From positions 4,032,420 through 4,096,419 of the forward strand of contig CM119266.1 in NCBI GenBank assembly GCA_051294375.1: 64,000 nt of DNA, in the 5' to 3' direction. The stretch comes from Paraspadella gotoi (lineage: Eukaryota > Animalia > Chaetognatha). Made by a program: the position numbers and the translations under genes. Positions 28,429 to 39,672 of this stretch are shown piece after piece. The notes beneath the pieces are model-generated. The model worked only from the letters and a program-made list of their open reading frames with translations. It was not told the DNA's origin and searched no databases. How positions within the stretch are numbered: the first letter of the stretch is position 1; every line of letters starts with the position of its first letter.

Positions 28429-29646
28429 TCATTGCGCCTTTTTGTCCACGTTGTCGTTTCCGTCGAACTTTTCCTTGACGCATCGCCTCGGAAACCATCC
28501 TCTCGGACCGACGACGGATCGAGCTCCGGCCGACGAAACTCTCTCTTCATTACCGACAACTTTGGCTCCGTAGATCCAGTGACGCTTCCAACGCGTGGCG
28601 TCGATCGCGTCACCGACGTCAAGCGCCATCCGCGGCTCGTCGGAGCAAGGAAGTCCCCACAAGACGGCGCACCCGAAGGAAATGGGGAAGAAGGAGCCGC
28701 TATACTTGGCTACCGCGTGATAAACGACAGTCCGTTGCCTCTTCTCCGCCTTCTGTAAGAGTTGTTCCTTCGTCAGACTAAACTGATCGCATCCTTCAAC
28801 GACGGGCCAATGAATGCCGTCGCCTCGGGGCCTCATTTCCCAATTGACGACTTGAATTAGATTGAGTTTCCATCCGAGATCGTAGGGAAATCTAAACATT
28901 TCTTTCCCGTTTTTATATCGATCTTCTTCGTCTTCAGTGACTTCGCCTTTATCGATCATCTCGTGCCAGAGTCGAGTGTTGGCCTTCTCAGTGATCCAAT
29001 CCTCGATTCCAGTCCGATTGCGAAGAACAGACTTCAACTCCATCACGAAGAGCATCCCGACGGCGACGACGACGCCGATGGAGAGTCCCACGGCGAACAT
29101 GCACCCGATGAAGGACCAGATGCCGAGGTGCACGATCGGGGCCTCGATCTTGTGGTACACGTAGTAGTGAATGTTGAGCGCGCGGTACATGGAAGCGGCG
29201 AGAACGACGATGGCGTGGCAGCAGCCGATCGGAGCCCAAAATAGAAAGAGCAAAAAGCGAGTCTGGTTCCGATGACCGGAACAGGTGCCGATCCAGGGAC
29301 AGTGATGGTCCATCTTGATGACGCAACGATCGCATTTACGGCAATGATGAGACCGCGGGGCCTTGAATCCCTGGCAGATGAGGCAATACTGAAGGAACTT
29401 CTCGCTTTGTTTCTTCTGAGGTCTCCAGCGGAGCGGGACGAAGCCGGGGCCGACCAGCGCAGCGGTGAAGTAGTTCGTCAACACCATGGAGACGATGAAG
29501 AGGAAGAGGAGGAAGTGGAGGAGGCCTGGTGTTGTATCCACCGGCCACCACATCAAATCGCAATAGATGGTGGAGATAGAGATGACGGAGATGGTGGAGA
29601 GGGCCAGCAAGGGGCCCCAATTAAGAAGGCGAAATAAAGCGCTCAT
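28429..29646 (-). CDS. ZDHHC6: Palmitoyltransferase ZDHHC6, single coding exon
   Basis: 405-aa ORF with WGPLLAL, C-rich DHHC domain (MDHHCPWI), NRTGIEDW, FPYDLGW, SH3-like C-terminus (GWFPRRCV) and terminal KKAQ ER-retrieval motif. Confidence 0.95.
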   Translation of the reverse strand: MSALFRLLNWGPLLALSTISVISISTIYCDLMWWPVDTTPGLLHFLLFLFIVSMVLTNYFTAALVGPGFVPLRWRPQKKQSEKFLQYCLICQGFKAPRSHHCRKCDRCVIKMDHHCPWIGTCSGHRNQTRFLLFLFWAPIGCCHAIVVLAASMYRALNIHYYVYHKIEAPIVHLGIWSFIGCMFAVGLSIGVVVAVGMLFVMELKSVLRNRTGIEDWITEKANTRLWHEMIDKGEVTEDEEDRYKNGKEMFRFPYDLGWKLNLIQVVNWEMRPRGDGIHWPVVEGCDQFSLTKEQLLQKAEKRQRTVVYHAVAKYSGSFFPISFGCAVLWGLPCSDEPRMALDVGDAIDATRWKRHWIYGAKVVGNEERVSSAGARSVVGPRGWFPRRCVKEKFDGNDNVDKKAQ

Positions 29647-30011
29647 TCTTCTGGGTTCATTGAGATCCTTTTCAAAGTCGCGGGGGTCGAGTTTATAAAG
29701 ACTAAGTAAAAAAAAGGATTTCCCAAATAAATATCACATAGGTAAATAATATAAAATTTGAGCTTCATACACCGGTTCTAAGAACAAACGTATCAAAGGT
29801 TAGATTTTTTATTATTTAAAATAATGATTTTTTATGATTTAAAATAATGATTTAGCTTTAAAACAGCTTCGAATCTGATGACTAAAACGTGACGCTGGCC
29901 CTTATTCGTAACATTCAATTTAATATTGGTCATGGTAAAGCAAGTTTGGACATGCTTGAATATTGAATAAGAAAAAGGAATGGTTATTTTCAAAAAAATA
30001 AGTCATACTCT

Positions 30012-31472
30012 TTAGATATACAGTAAAGCAGCTAATGCCAGTGCGGCGACGGCGCAACAACAATACAAAGCACAACGGGATTTATGAATTTTCTTTTCGA
30101 TCAAATATTTGGCCATTTTTAATTTAGATTCGGTATAAGGCGGATAGCGGACTTGAAGCGTTGGTTCCATGGAAAGTTTCTTTGCCAAGACGCTCCGTTT
30201 GTGACAGTAACAATCGAAGGAGAACCACCCGTGATACATGCCCATTCCCGAGTGACCGACTCCACCGAAAGGGAGCGTCTCCAGAATGAAGTGGCTGACG
30301 ACGTCGTTGAAGCAGACCCCACCGGAACTCGTCTCATCGAGGAACTTTTGTCTGACGCGACGATTGTCTGAGAAGCAGTAAAGCGCCAAAGGCTTCTCGT
30401 TGGCGTTGATTCGCTGAATGGCTTCGTCGACGGAAGACACGTCGATGATGGGCATGATGGGGCCGAAGATCTCTTCATTCATGACGGCGTCATCGTCCGT
30501 GACGCGGGTCATGATCGTCGGCGAGATGTAGAGGTCCTTCTTGTCAGTCTTTCCGCCGAAGACGACCTTCTTCTCATCCATTAAGTTGACGAGACGATCG
30601 AAGTGACGTTCGTTGACGATTCGAGGATAATCCGGATGACGTTGGGCGTCCGCGCCGAAGAATTCCGCCACGACGCGTTTCACTTGCGACACAAAATCGT
30701 CTCTAATCTTCGGGCTGCACATGACGTAATCCGCTCCGATGCAGGTTTGACCGCAGTTCAAGAATTTCCCCCAAGCGACGCATCGAGCGGCTTTGCGGAG
30801 ATCAACTCCCTCGTCGATGTAGACGGGACTCTTCCCTCCGAGTTCGAGGACGACGGGAGTCAAGTTCTTCGCCGCCGCGGACATGACGATCTTCCCGACC
30901 ATCGAACTTCCTGTGTAGAAGATGTGATCGAACCTTTGCTCCAACAATTCCGTCGTCTCGGAAACTCCGCCGCAGACGACCGCGTAACATTGAGGGTCTA
31001 AATAAGCGGGAAGGAGTCTGGCCATCAAATCCGCCGTCGCTGGCGATAATTCAGAGGGTTTGACGATGGCGGCGTTGCCGGCGGCGATGGCGCCCACTAG
31101 AGGACTCAGGCATAATTGGAGCGGATAATTCCAGGCGCCGATAATGAGGCAGACGCCCAAAGGTTGACGCTGAATAAAGGCGGTGTCCGTTTGGAAGAGA
31201 AAACCCTTTTTGACTTTTTGGGGTCTGATCCAAGAGGGTAGCTTGTTGTAGGCGTGCTTGGCTTCGTTGAGCGTGTACATGACCTCGGACAGCTCGGCTT
31301 CCGTCTTTGACTTGTGTAGATCCTTGAAGAGAGCGTCGTACCAAAGCTCCCGATTTTCCTCCAGCATCGCGATGAGACGTTCCAGTTGCGCGCGACGGAA
31401 TTCCAGCGGCTTCGACCATCCTTGAACGTAGGCCGATCGGAGAGTTTGGACTACGCCGGCTGAGGACGTCAT
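30012..31472 (-). CDS. ALDH3A2: ALDH3-family fatty aldehyde dehydrogenase (ALDH3A2-like, C-terminal membrane anchor), single coding exon
   Basis: 486-aa ORF with GAWNYP, KPSELS, FYTGS, LELGGKSP, catalytic NCGQTC, EEIFGP and LPFGGVG; hydrophobic C-terminal tail. Confidence 0.9.
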   Translation of the reverse strand: MTSSAGVVQTLRSAYVQGWSKPLEFRRAQLERLIAMLEENRELWYDALFKDLHKSKTEAELSEVMYTLNEAKHAYNKLPSWIRPQKVKKGFLFQTDTAFIQRQPLGVCLIIGAWNYPLQLCLSPLVGAIAAGNAAIVKPSELSPATADLMARLLPAYLDPQCYAVVCGGVSETTELLEQRFDHIFYTGSSMVGKIVMSAAAKNLTPVVLELGGKSPVYIDEGVDLRKAARCVAWGKFLNCGQTCIGADYVMCSPKIRDDFVSQVKRVVAEFFGADAQRHPDYPRIVNERHFDRLVNLMDEKKVVFGGKTDKKDLYISPTIMTRVTDDDAVMNEEIFGPIMPIIDVSSVDEAIQRINANEKPLALYCFSDNRRVRQKFLDETSSGGVCFNDVVSHFILETLPFGGVGHSGMGMYHGWFSFDCYCHKRSVLAKKLSMEPTLQVRYPPYTESKLKMAKYLIEKKIHKSRCALYCCCAVAALALAALLYI

Positions 31473-32701
31473 TATAAATTGTTGGAAGAAAACTGAAAAT
31501 TTGTACCAATCAACCTGGTGGAGCAGAGTACAGCTGCTGAGATGGATAAATATTAAAAAAACTCACAGTGAAAAGTTATTGAGAAAACTGCTGGTCAATT
31601 TAGGTTTAAAACATCGTTGTCATCAACATCAACAATGGAGTGAAATCTGGGACTCGTTCTCTTTCTGTTTTAGGTTTTTATGCAATAAATAGTCAAAGAT
31701 AAAATGGCAGCGGAATAAAAAAATCCATAGCAAATTACTTATAATTAAACATTAATTCACTATAGCCCATGCTTTTATGCACCCCGAATGGATTAAAAAT
31801 AAAAATTAAACAACAAATTAGATTAATGTTTGACTCGAACAAAAGCGCAATCGTTGACAGAGAGCGACGCCCTTTTTCTTGGAAAAGGAAATATTATTAT
31901 TAATCACGGAACAATTGGGTACATTACAATTTAGATTTATTGTAGTAATATTGCATGAAAATTTGCAAATTACTTGTTTCACTATTTTCTATTTTTATAT
32001 TTTATGAAGGATTTAGTATTTAATCTATACTATTTAATCAAATATATATTGCTTTCGTTTTTAAAAATGTTTTATTTATCTAATAATTCAATTTGGGAAG
32101 GGGAAGTCATTGTTGACGTTGTCTTCTGGAAATAGAGGGATCATCTATACAACACAAGGTTAGATTACTATCTGTCCTAGTTTTCTAATAATATCACACA
32201 TCATTTCTGTTAGAAAGCCATGAAAAATCATAATATCTAAGAGGCTGAACAGAAAGGGGTGGGAATGGATAATTTTTTTGAGGGGGGACCAACGTTATAT
32301 ATGATTTTTTTACCAATAGGGATAAGACTACTATGTAGAATTGTATGTTCTGATAGGGATACATACTGGGGAAAGGTCTATAGGGGCACCTTTATGTCAT
32401 GAATATAATTTTAAAATACTTTAATGAAAATTATATTTTTTCTTTATCCTACTTTTTAATTATTTCTTTTTTGAATATTTTTTATCTTTTATCTTTATAC
32501 TATGTGAAGGTCATCAGTTGGGAACCTATACCCTTCATGGATTTCGGCTCTTTAATCCCAATATCTAGGTATAGGCGAGCCATCACCAAATGGTGATCCT
32601 TCATTGTTGCTTATCTTATATTTTAAAGGTATATTTTGAATGTTTATCTAGAGAAAGCAAAGAATTTTGAATTTGTAATAACGATTTTTAATTAATAGTT
32701 G

Positions 32702-32738
32702 GACATGTTTCGGCTTGTTTACTTCAAGCCTTCATCAG
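32702..32738 (-). ncRNA. Minimal type I hammerhead ribozyme motif (Penelope-like element type)
   Basis: Minus strand reads CTGATGA-a-GGCTTG aagtaaa CAAGCC-GAAAC-AT-GTC: intact catalytic core, perfect 6-bp stem II and palindromic minimal stem III. Stem I is weak. Confidence 0.7.
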
Positions 32739-32759
32739 CATATGAATTTTCTATGAAGA

Positions 32760-33032
32760 AATAAGCGAAAGAGCATGAACGGATTCGTTAAATAAATATA
32801 TTAGGGTGTTAATTTCTACATTTTCTTGAATATAGAATGAAGATGCTGGTTTTACAGGGCGCCACACCCGCAGAGGTATCACCTTGTGGTAACAGGAAGA
32901 CAACCTTGGATCCTGCGCCAGACCCGTGCCTCCCGGCGAGTTACTCAGTCCATCCAAGTTTCTTCATGACAACCTCAGGGATCGAACAATGCGCGCACAT
33001 CGGGATATATTTTAGTCCACTGGGTACAGAGG
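32760..33032 (-). mobile_element. Degenerate tRNA-derived SINE-like element
   Basis: Minus strand A-box-like TGTACCCAGTGG (33028-33017) and B-box GTTCGATCC (32987-32979) at tRNA-like spacing, followed by a GC-richer body in AT-rich DNA. Confidence 0.45.
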
Positions 33033-34161
33033 AGTTGTTAACAACTGCTTTAATTTGTCTGTGGTTATAATATAACCAATAACCATATAACTTAAATGGC
33101 CGCCAGGACACCACGGTAACTGATTAATTACTGATATACTTGTTGGAGTTTTTGCAATGGAAGAGGATTTAATTTTTTAAAGAAAAAAATGCTGAATAAA
33201 AGATAGCTTATTTATTAAATGAATGGATAATTTTTATATTGGTTGTACCAATTTCATAAAGAAAGAACGGAAAATAAAAAAATATATAAGCAAAAAAAGA
33301 TAAAACCTAATACTATTGTCCATTAATATGAATAGTATTCTACTTTTAATTTTAAAATATTTTTCCCCCACAAAAAAATATGTTTCCGCCGCTTCGAAAA
33401 AATCTTCAATTTTTTATAGAATTTACACTGGGATGAACGCAAAAAAAAATTCCTAATGAAAAACAAACATGTGAGGTTTGGAGATGTCCTCAAACCGGAT
33501 GGAATGACGGAGAAAAAAAAACCGAAAAACTTTGTTTATTTAGTCCTCAAATCTTTCATTCAACTATAGATTTCATATTTTTTGTTTATGAAAAAAAAGC
33601 ATTGTAAAAATATTTAGAATGAATATATCAAGATCAATGACGGTCTGGAAAAAAGTGTTTGTAACTTTGTACAATGTACATGTTTTATCCTATCGACTAT
33701 TAATTTATTATACTTATTGTATGTTCATTCAAGAATTACAAATTCTATATCTTCTTTCTGTCCATCGAATGAAGTGATCGAAAAGTAAGGTTGTTTTGAT
33801 AAGACCCTCTCGCAACTCAATTCGATTTGTCACAAATCAAAACAAAATCGAGGACAAACTAAGATGTTTTTTTCCGTCTTGAGAAAAAAAAAGTAAATAG
33901 TAGAAGGAAGAAAAGAAATAGACATTTTGTATTACAGCAAAAAAAAATTTTTTTGCATTTTTACAACAGCTACAACGACACAAAATCGCTCTTTTTTTTT
34001 AACCACAAACGTTGGAAATTTCCTTATTTTTCTCTGGAACCCGGGGGATTAAGATTCGTGAAATAGTTTCTCTCTCTCTTTTTCTCTCCACGCGTCAACC
34101 CGCCCCGAAACCATCGTTTCAAGTAAGTTAGCCTCTCTATTTCCTTCCCGCCCCCCCTTTA

Positions 34162-34175
34162 CCTCCCCCTGGCGG
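34162..34175 (-). promoter_or_regulatory. CTCF-like motif
   Basis: Reverse complement CCGCCAGGGGGAGG matches the CTCF core consensus. Confidence 0.4.
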
Positions 34176-35239
34176 AATCAAACGGATCCAGGGGCCGCGC
34201 AAATCTCTGCCCCAAACAAAAGATTAACTGACAATCCGAGAAAATCCTTCATTTCATAGTTTGATCTTTTGAATTCGAAATGGAATGCTCTTTCAACTTT
34301 CGGCGTCGCGCGCGGCCAACCGCGATGTACCGACCTTTTTTCTTTTCTCTTTTTTTCTTTTTTTCTTTTCTCTTTTTTCCTTTTTTTTTTAAATCGACGG
34401 ATAAAACGAGCATTTTTGCCATTTTACTTTTAGATATTTTTTTTAAATTTTTTTTATTTTTTAACCTTGAAATTGATAAATATTGTCGTGGACACCGAGA
34501 TTTCTAGGGAAGCAGAATCACAAATTACGACCGGAAGGTGATACTCTCCTATCGAATAAATACCATTTTAAATTAGTGTGAATATATTCTAAAGTAGAAA
34601 TGTATGTATTATACATTATACATAATCCAAAAAAGATTTTAAAAAATTTGTACTTTGAACTTTACGAAATAGCTTGAAAAACTAGACTTGAAAAAAAATT
34701 CTTTATTTAAATGAATGGATAAAACAGTTAAACCATGATATTTAATGAGGTGATTTATGGTTTTAAACTTAACGTTGTGTTTAAAAACAATGCGCTCATA
34801 ACCTGCTATCAATGCAGCCTCTGGTCTTTTTTTTTTCATGTTTGAACATCGATTAAAACCGGATACAATTTTTTTTCCCCTCTGCTCCGAATCCCGCCCA
34901 TCCGTTCCCACGCAAAAGACCGGAGCAGGAGTGGTCATCTTCGTTCTTTGCCCGATTGTCCGTCCCACCGGGCCGATGCTACGCGAATCGGGCAGCGAGG
35001 AGCGGAGTAGGTCCGCCTACCCTTCGTTCATCGACCGGCCTCGCCCTCATTTGCGTTCGTTGCCGGGGAGCCTCGCTTCGGAGTCGGTTGCTAGGGGCGA
35101 CGACGACAAACAACGAGATTGAGATTCTCATAGAACGGCGACGGATGTCGTCGCAGATGCGCGGCGATCGTCGTAGACGCGTCGTGGGTCATTCGTCGTT
35201 CGTCATAGATGCGTTTGTTTTGTCCGCGCGTGGAGAGTA

Positions 35240-35374
35240 AACTGTTCACTCAACAGTTCACTGAACAGTTCACTGAACAGTTCACTGAACAGTTCACTGA
35301 ACAGTTCACTGAACAGTTCACTGAACAGTTCACTCAAGGGTTCACTCAACAGTTCACTCAACAGTTCACTGAAC
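35240..35374 (+). repeat. 12-bp minisatellite (AACAGTTCACTG)n, ~11 units
   Basis: Direct reading. Confidence 0.92.
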
Positions 35375-35698
35375 GCTAATGATTACTGAAAGCCTTGTGA
35401 AAGTGGCAGAACATAATTCTGAAAATGAATCCTGAACAACATATTGGCCATAGAAATTTTTGTTAAATCAATTAAAAGTTTCTTCATTCGCCTATTTGGC
35501 CTTCTTCTGCCGTTATAAAATGAGCAAAATTAATAATTATTATATTTCAATGATTTATTCAAATTTGAAAAAAAAGCATTGAAAATTTTTTTCTAAACTT
35601 TTACCATGATAAGTATAGCTCCGAGTCGAGTCGAGTCGAGTCAGAGTCGATATTAACCGTTTGTATTACCCGTTAAATTTCTGATAACGAAAAACATG

Positions 35699-35749
<51 letters not shown>

Positions 35750-37589
35750 TCCCTATATTTCTCTCTCTCTCTCTCTCTTTCTCTCTATTCTATCTCACAG
35801 GTGTGAACTTCGTGAATCGGGTTTCGAGTCACGTGACAAATTCGATTAATCACGTGACCACGAGAAAAAAAAAAGAAAGGAACAATGAACATAGAGGGGG
35901 TTGAGCCGATTCCGATGTGAGCCGGAAACCGGCAAGCCTGACTTTTCTTCTTTTTATTTCTTTTCTGTATCTTTGTTCGATGTCCTTTTGTTCGATATCG
36001 TTTTGTCTGATCGAATCCCGAGCGCTCGATCTTTAAATCCCGAGCGCTCGATCGATCGGGAATTTTACGCCCGATTTGACTTTTCGCCTCATTAGATTCG
36101 GTGAAACTAATGAGGTCCGTGGTCACATTTCGATTCATTATGATCACGAATTATTTAAGGGTATCTAATTTCTTTATTGGAACAAACGAGACGATTTCTT
36201 GTGTAAACGTTACCGATATAAACTTAGGTTAGTCATCGGCGTAGTACTAACTTTCTCGCTTTCTGACATTTATTCCCCTTTAAATTTTGCCGCGTCAATC
36301 TTGAAAAACATTAACCTGAAACAGTGAAACACAAGCACAAGCACAAGCAAAACAAGCACTACGGCGATGATGGCTCTGGAAGAATAAATCTTTTACGTCT
36401 TAGTCAAGATGAGGTATTCCCTCACGAAAACGATTCTCTACTTCAGACCGTCGACTTTCGCCAAATACGTGGTTTTTAGTCGGATTCCGACTCTATAATT
36501 CACTTTGTCGGACCGTCGGTCCGCCCCCTCAATCTTGTCGGGCATTCACTTATATCATGTCAGAACATCGAATTATGATAAATTATGCAAAAAAAAAAAA
36601 CAAAAACACAAAAACAAAAAAACAAACAAAAAAAAAACAACAAACGATGTCCGATGTCTGGATTGGAATGAAATTTTGTGATAAAAAGTTTCGATGGAAT
36701 CGTGAGTTTAAATGGAAAAAAAACATAAGTCATATTTACTTGAATCTTTTTACTAATCTTAACCCATAATTACTCTAATTATTCATAATTGGATGGAGAT
36801 AATGAGATGATATTTTGATTGTGGGTAGGAAAGTGTGGGATTGAGCAGAAAATGAAGTTTTGATGGAATCGAAGAGAAGAAATGAGTTTGCATGAAAAAA
36901 GCGATAGTCAAGTTGACTTTAATTTTTATTATTTATGCTTACTCATAAATTGAAAAAAAATGATGCAATTTTAAAAAATTATGCAAGTTAAAAAAATGAT
37001 GCAAGTTGACAACAATGATACAAATGAAAAAATGATGCCATTTGAAAAATTTATGCAAGTTGAAAAAATTTAATCCCTTGCAAGCGATTTACATGTATTG
37101 GTGCAGCCATTGGTTTGGTATGGTAAGATCAGTTAGGATCACAAATTGAATAAATTATCGTCATTTATCATTTGATTAGCTGATTGCCGCTTAATTATCG
37201 TAGGCAGATCCGACATTGTTTGCTCAAACTTTTTTTTAAATCTACATATTGTACACATCATATAATAGATTTTGATTAAAAGAAATGTTATTGTGCCACA
37301 ATAAAAATGGTATTTTGTTTTTTCTATTTTTGAAAAATCCTCTCATTCAAAATAATAGGTACTAGTTGTAAATGCAAATGAACCATAATTGATTTTTTTA
37401 TTTCTACAAGGGTGATGATTTTTTACAGAAATTTATAGAGAAATTTTACTATTATATTTCTTAAAATTTTTCAGCGATTAATCTAAAACAAGTTCATGAA
37501 GATAATCCAAAATTTGGTACAGTCTAATACCACCCTGACACTCGGTGGGAGAAGTTATGTCCTAATTCGTTAGCGGCGCAAGGTTGAGC

Positions 37590-37636
<47 letters not shown>

Positions 37637-38329
37637 GTAACGGGCAGATTACTGTCCTCCAAACCAGTTGGACCACGACCATTTCGTGTTAGAATATCAG
37701 TTGATCGGATAGTTATCGTTACATAATTGCCGCGATAAAATTTGCAAATAATTTGGTAGAGTCGTAACTGTGAGTGTGTGTATGTCTCTCTCTCTCTCTC
37801 TCTCTTTGCTCTCACTCTTTCTCTCTTTTGATCGACGCGGCAAGGCATCACTCAAGGAAGTTTTTAGGTCAGTCAGTCAATCCATTTAATCTCAGTGATA
37901 TTATGATTTGAAAAAAAAATTAAATAGTTTATTTTAATTTTAATTAAAAGGACTAGTTTTTTAAATAGAAAAACAAAATGATATTAGTTGAAAAAAACAT
38001 CCACAGATTGAAAAAATTCTAGGATGTTAAAAACAATGGTTATTAAAAAAGAGTTAAACATTAATAACTAATAATTAATAAAAATATAAAAAAAAACATT
38101 ATCATTAAAAACGAAACGAAAATCAATTTAACATCAAGTCATATTTGCAATAATTAATATTCTTTTAAAAATCTTTAAAATATCTATAAAAACATCTATA
38201 AGCTATTAGTTTAAAAACTAATCATATTTCAAGAAAATTATTTGAGTGTTAATCGTGATGAATGCACGCCGCATGTTTGTCACTTGTTTTCTTTTTTTTT
38301 TTTTCAAGAGTCTTTGCCGTTTGTGGACA

Positions 38330-38367
<38 letters not shown>

Positions 38368-39465
38368 TTTGACGTTTATCACGATATAAATTTCATACTT
38401 AGAATGATTTATCTTCCTTTCGTCCCTCCTAAATCCCACAAATCGTCTGAGGCAAAACGCGGTAGGTGAATAAACCGAAAGTCTCTCTCTCACTATCTCA
38501 CTCTCACTGTCTCACTCTCTCTCTCACTCACTCCCCATCAGTTCGATACGAGTTGAAACATCTCGATTTTCGACGAGAGGGTTGGGGTGGTGAAGGGGGA
38601 GAGGNNNNNNNNNNNNNNNNNNNNNNNNNATTGGTATGGTTTAGGAGAGGTGGTCTGGTGATGTTAAGGCGGGTGAGGGTTGGGGTGGTGAAGGGGCAGA
38701 GAGAGAAAAGGGTCTGGAAGAGTAGACGGCTTGGTGGTCAAGACTAGAGAAGCTATAGTTGATCTAAAGGGGATTTCAAATAATATACTATATATACTTA
38801 CGTAAGCTATACTAGAATAATACTAGGAATAACTTTGAACAATTGTGGTCAGATGAATGAATGTGAATGAATTGAATGAATCAATTCATCGAAAGACGAG
38901 TTCGTGTAATTTGCAATTTTATTATAAGGAGAGAACGAGAAGATTTTTTAAAAGTTGCCTGCGCGAGACATTTAATCCACTATAACAAAAGATTCTTCTT
39001 CTCTCTCTTCTCTCTCTCTCTCTCTTCTCTCTCTCTCTTCTCCTCTCTCTCTCTCTCTCTCGCTCTCTCTTTTATAAGTTCAAATTTTCTCGTAATGTGG
39101 ATGAGAAAATTTAAAAAAATATGTGAAGGATTTAAGAATTTTACCCTACCATATCAACTTACGCTGTGGTAAATTTTTAAAGCCATGTACTGAATGATGT
39201 AAAGCAGGTGCCAAATTCATGAAGAAAATTGGCACCTGTTGAAGCAAATTGCGCAATCTCTATTACGCTAGTTTCGGCACGCCGCATGATATTTAAAATG
39301 TTAACTATTGTTTGAAATGAATTCTTTTGCCAGGAGCTGATCCGTTAATAACGAATTGTTTTTTTAAATTGTTATTGGTATTCAAGTGTTTAACAAGTTG
39401 TTTAACATCATTTCAGTCTTATTTTCATTGGAAGGACAAAGATTACAGAAAAAAATTGTATCTTA

Positions 39466-39510
39466 TTCAAGGTTCGAGGTTCAGGGTTCAAGGTTCAAGG
39501 TTCAGGGTTC
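39466..39510 (+). repeat. 7-bp tandem repeat (TTCAAGG/TTCAGGG) x6
   Basis: Direct reading. Confidence 0.85.
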
Positions 39511-39640
39511 ATATTTCGGAAACAAAAGGCGACGAGACTTGATTCGTCTTTTTCCTGCCACCGAACTGAGGAAATTACGAAAACGAGAAAATCTTTATTC
39601 GAGATGAAAAATGAGTTTTAATTGATAATAAGAATCTCGA

Positions 39641-39672
<32 letters not shown>

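Noticed and set aside
35240-35374. CRISPR-like array
   Set aside because: No unique spacers; eukaryotic minisatellite.
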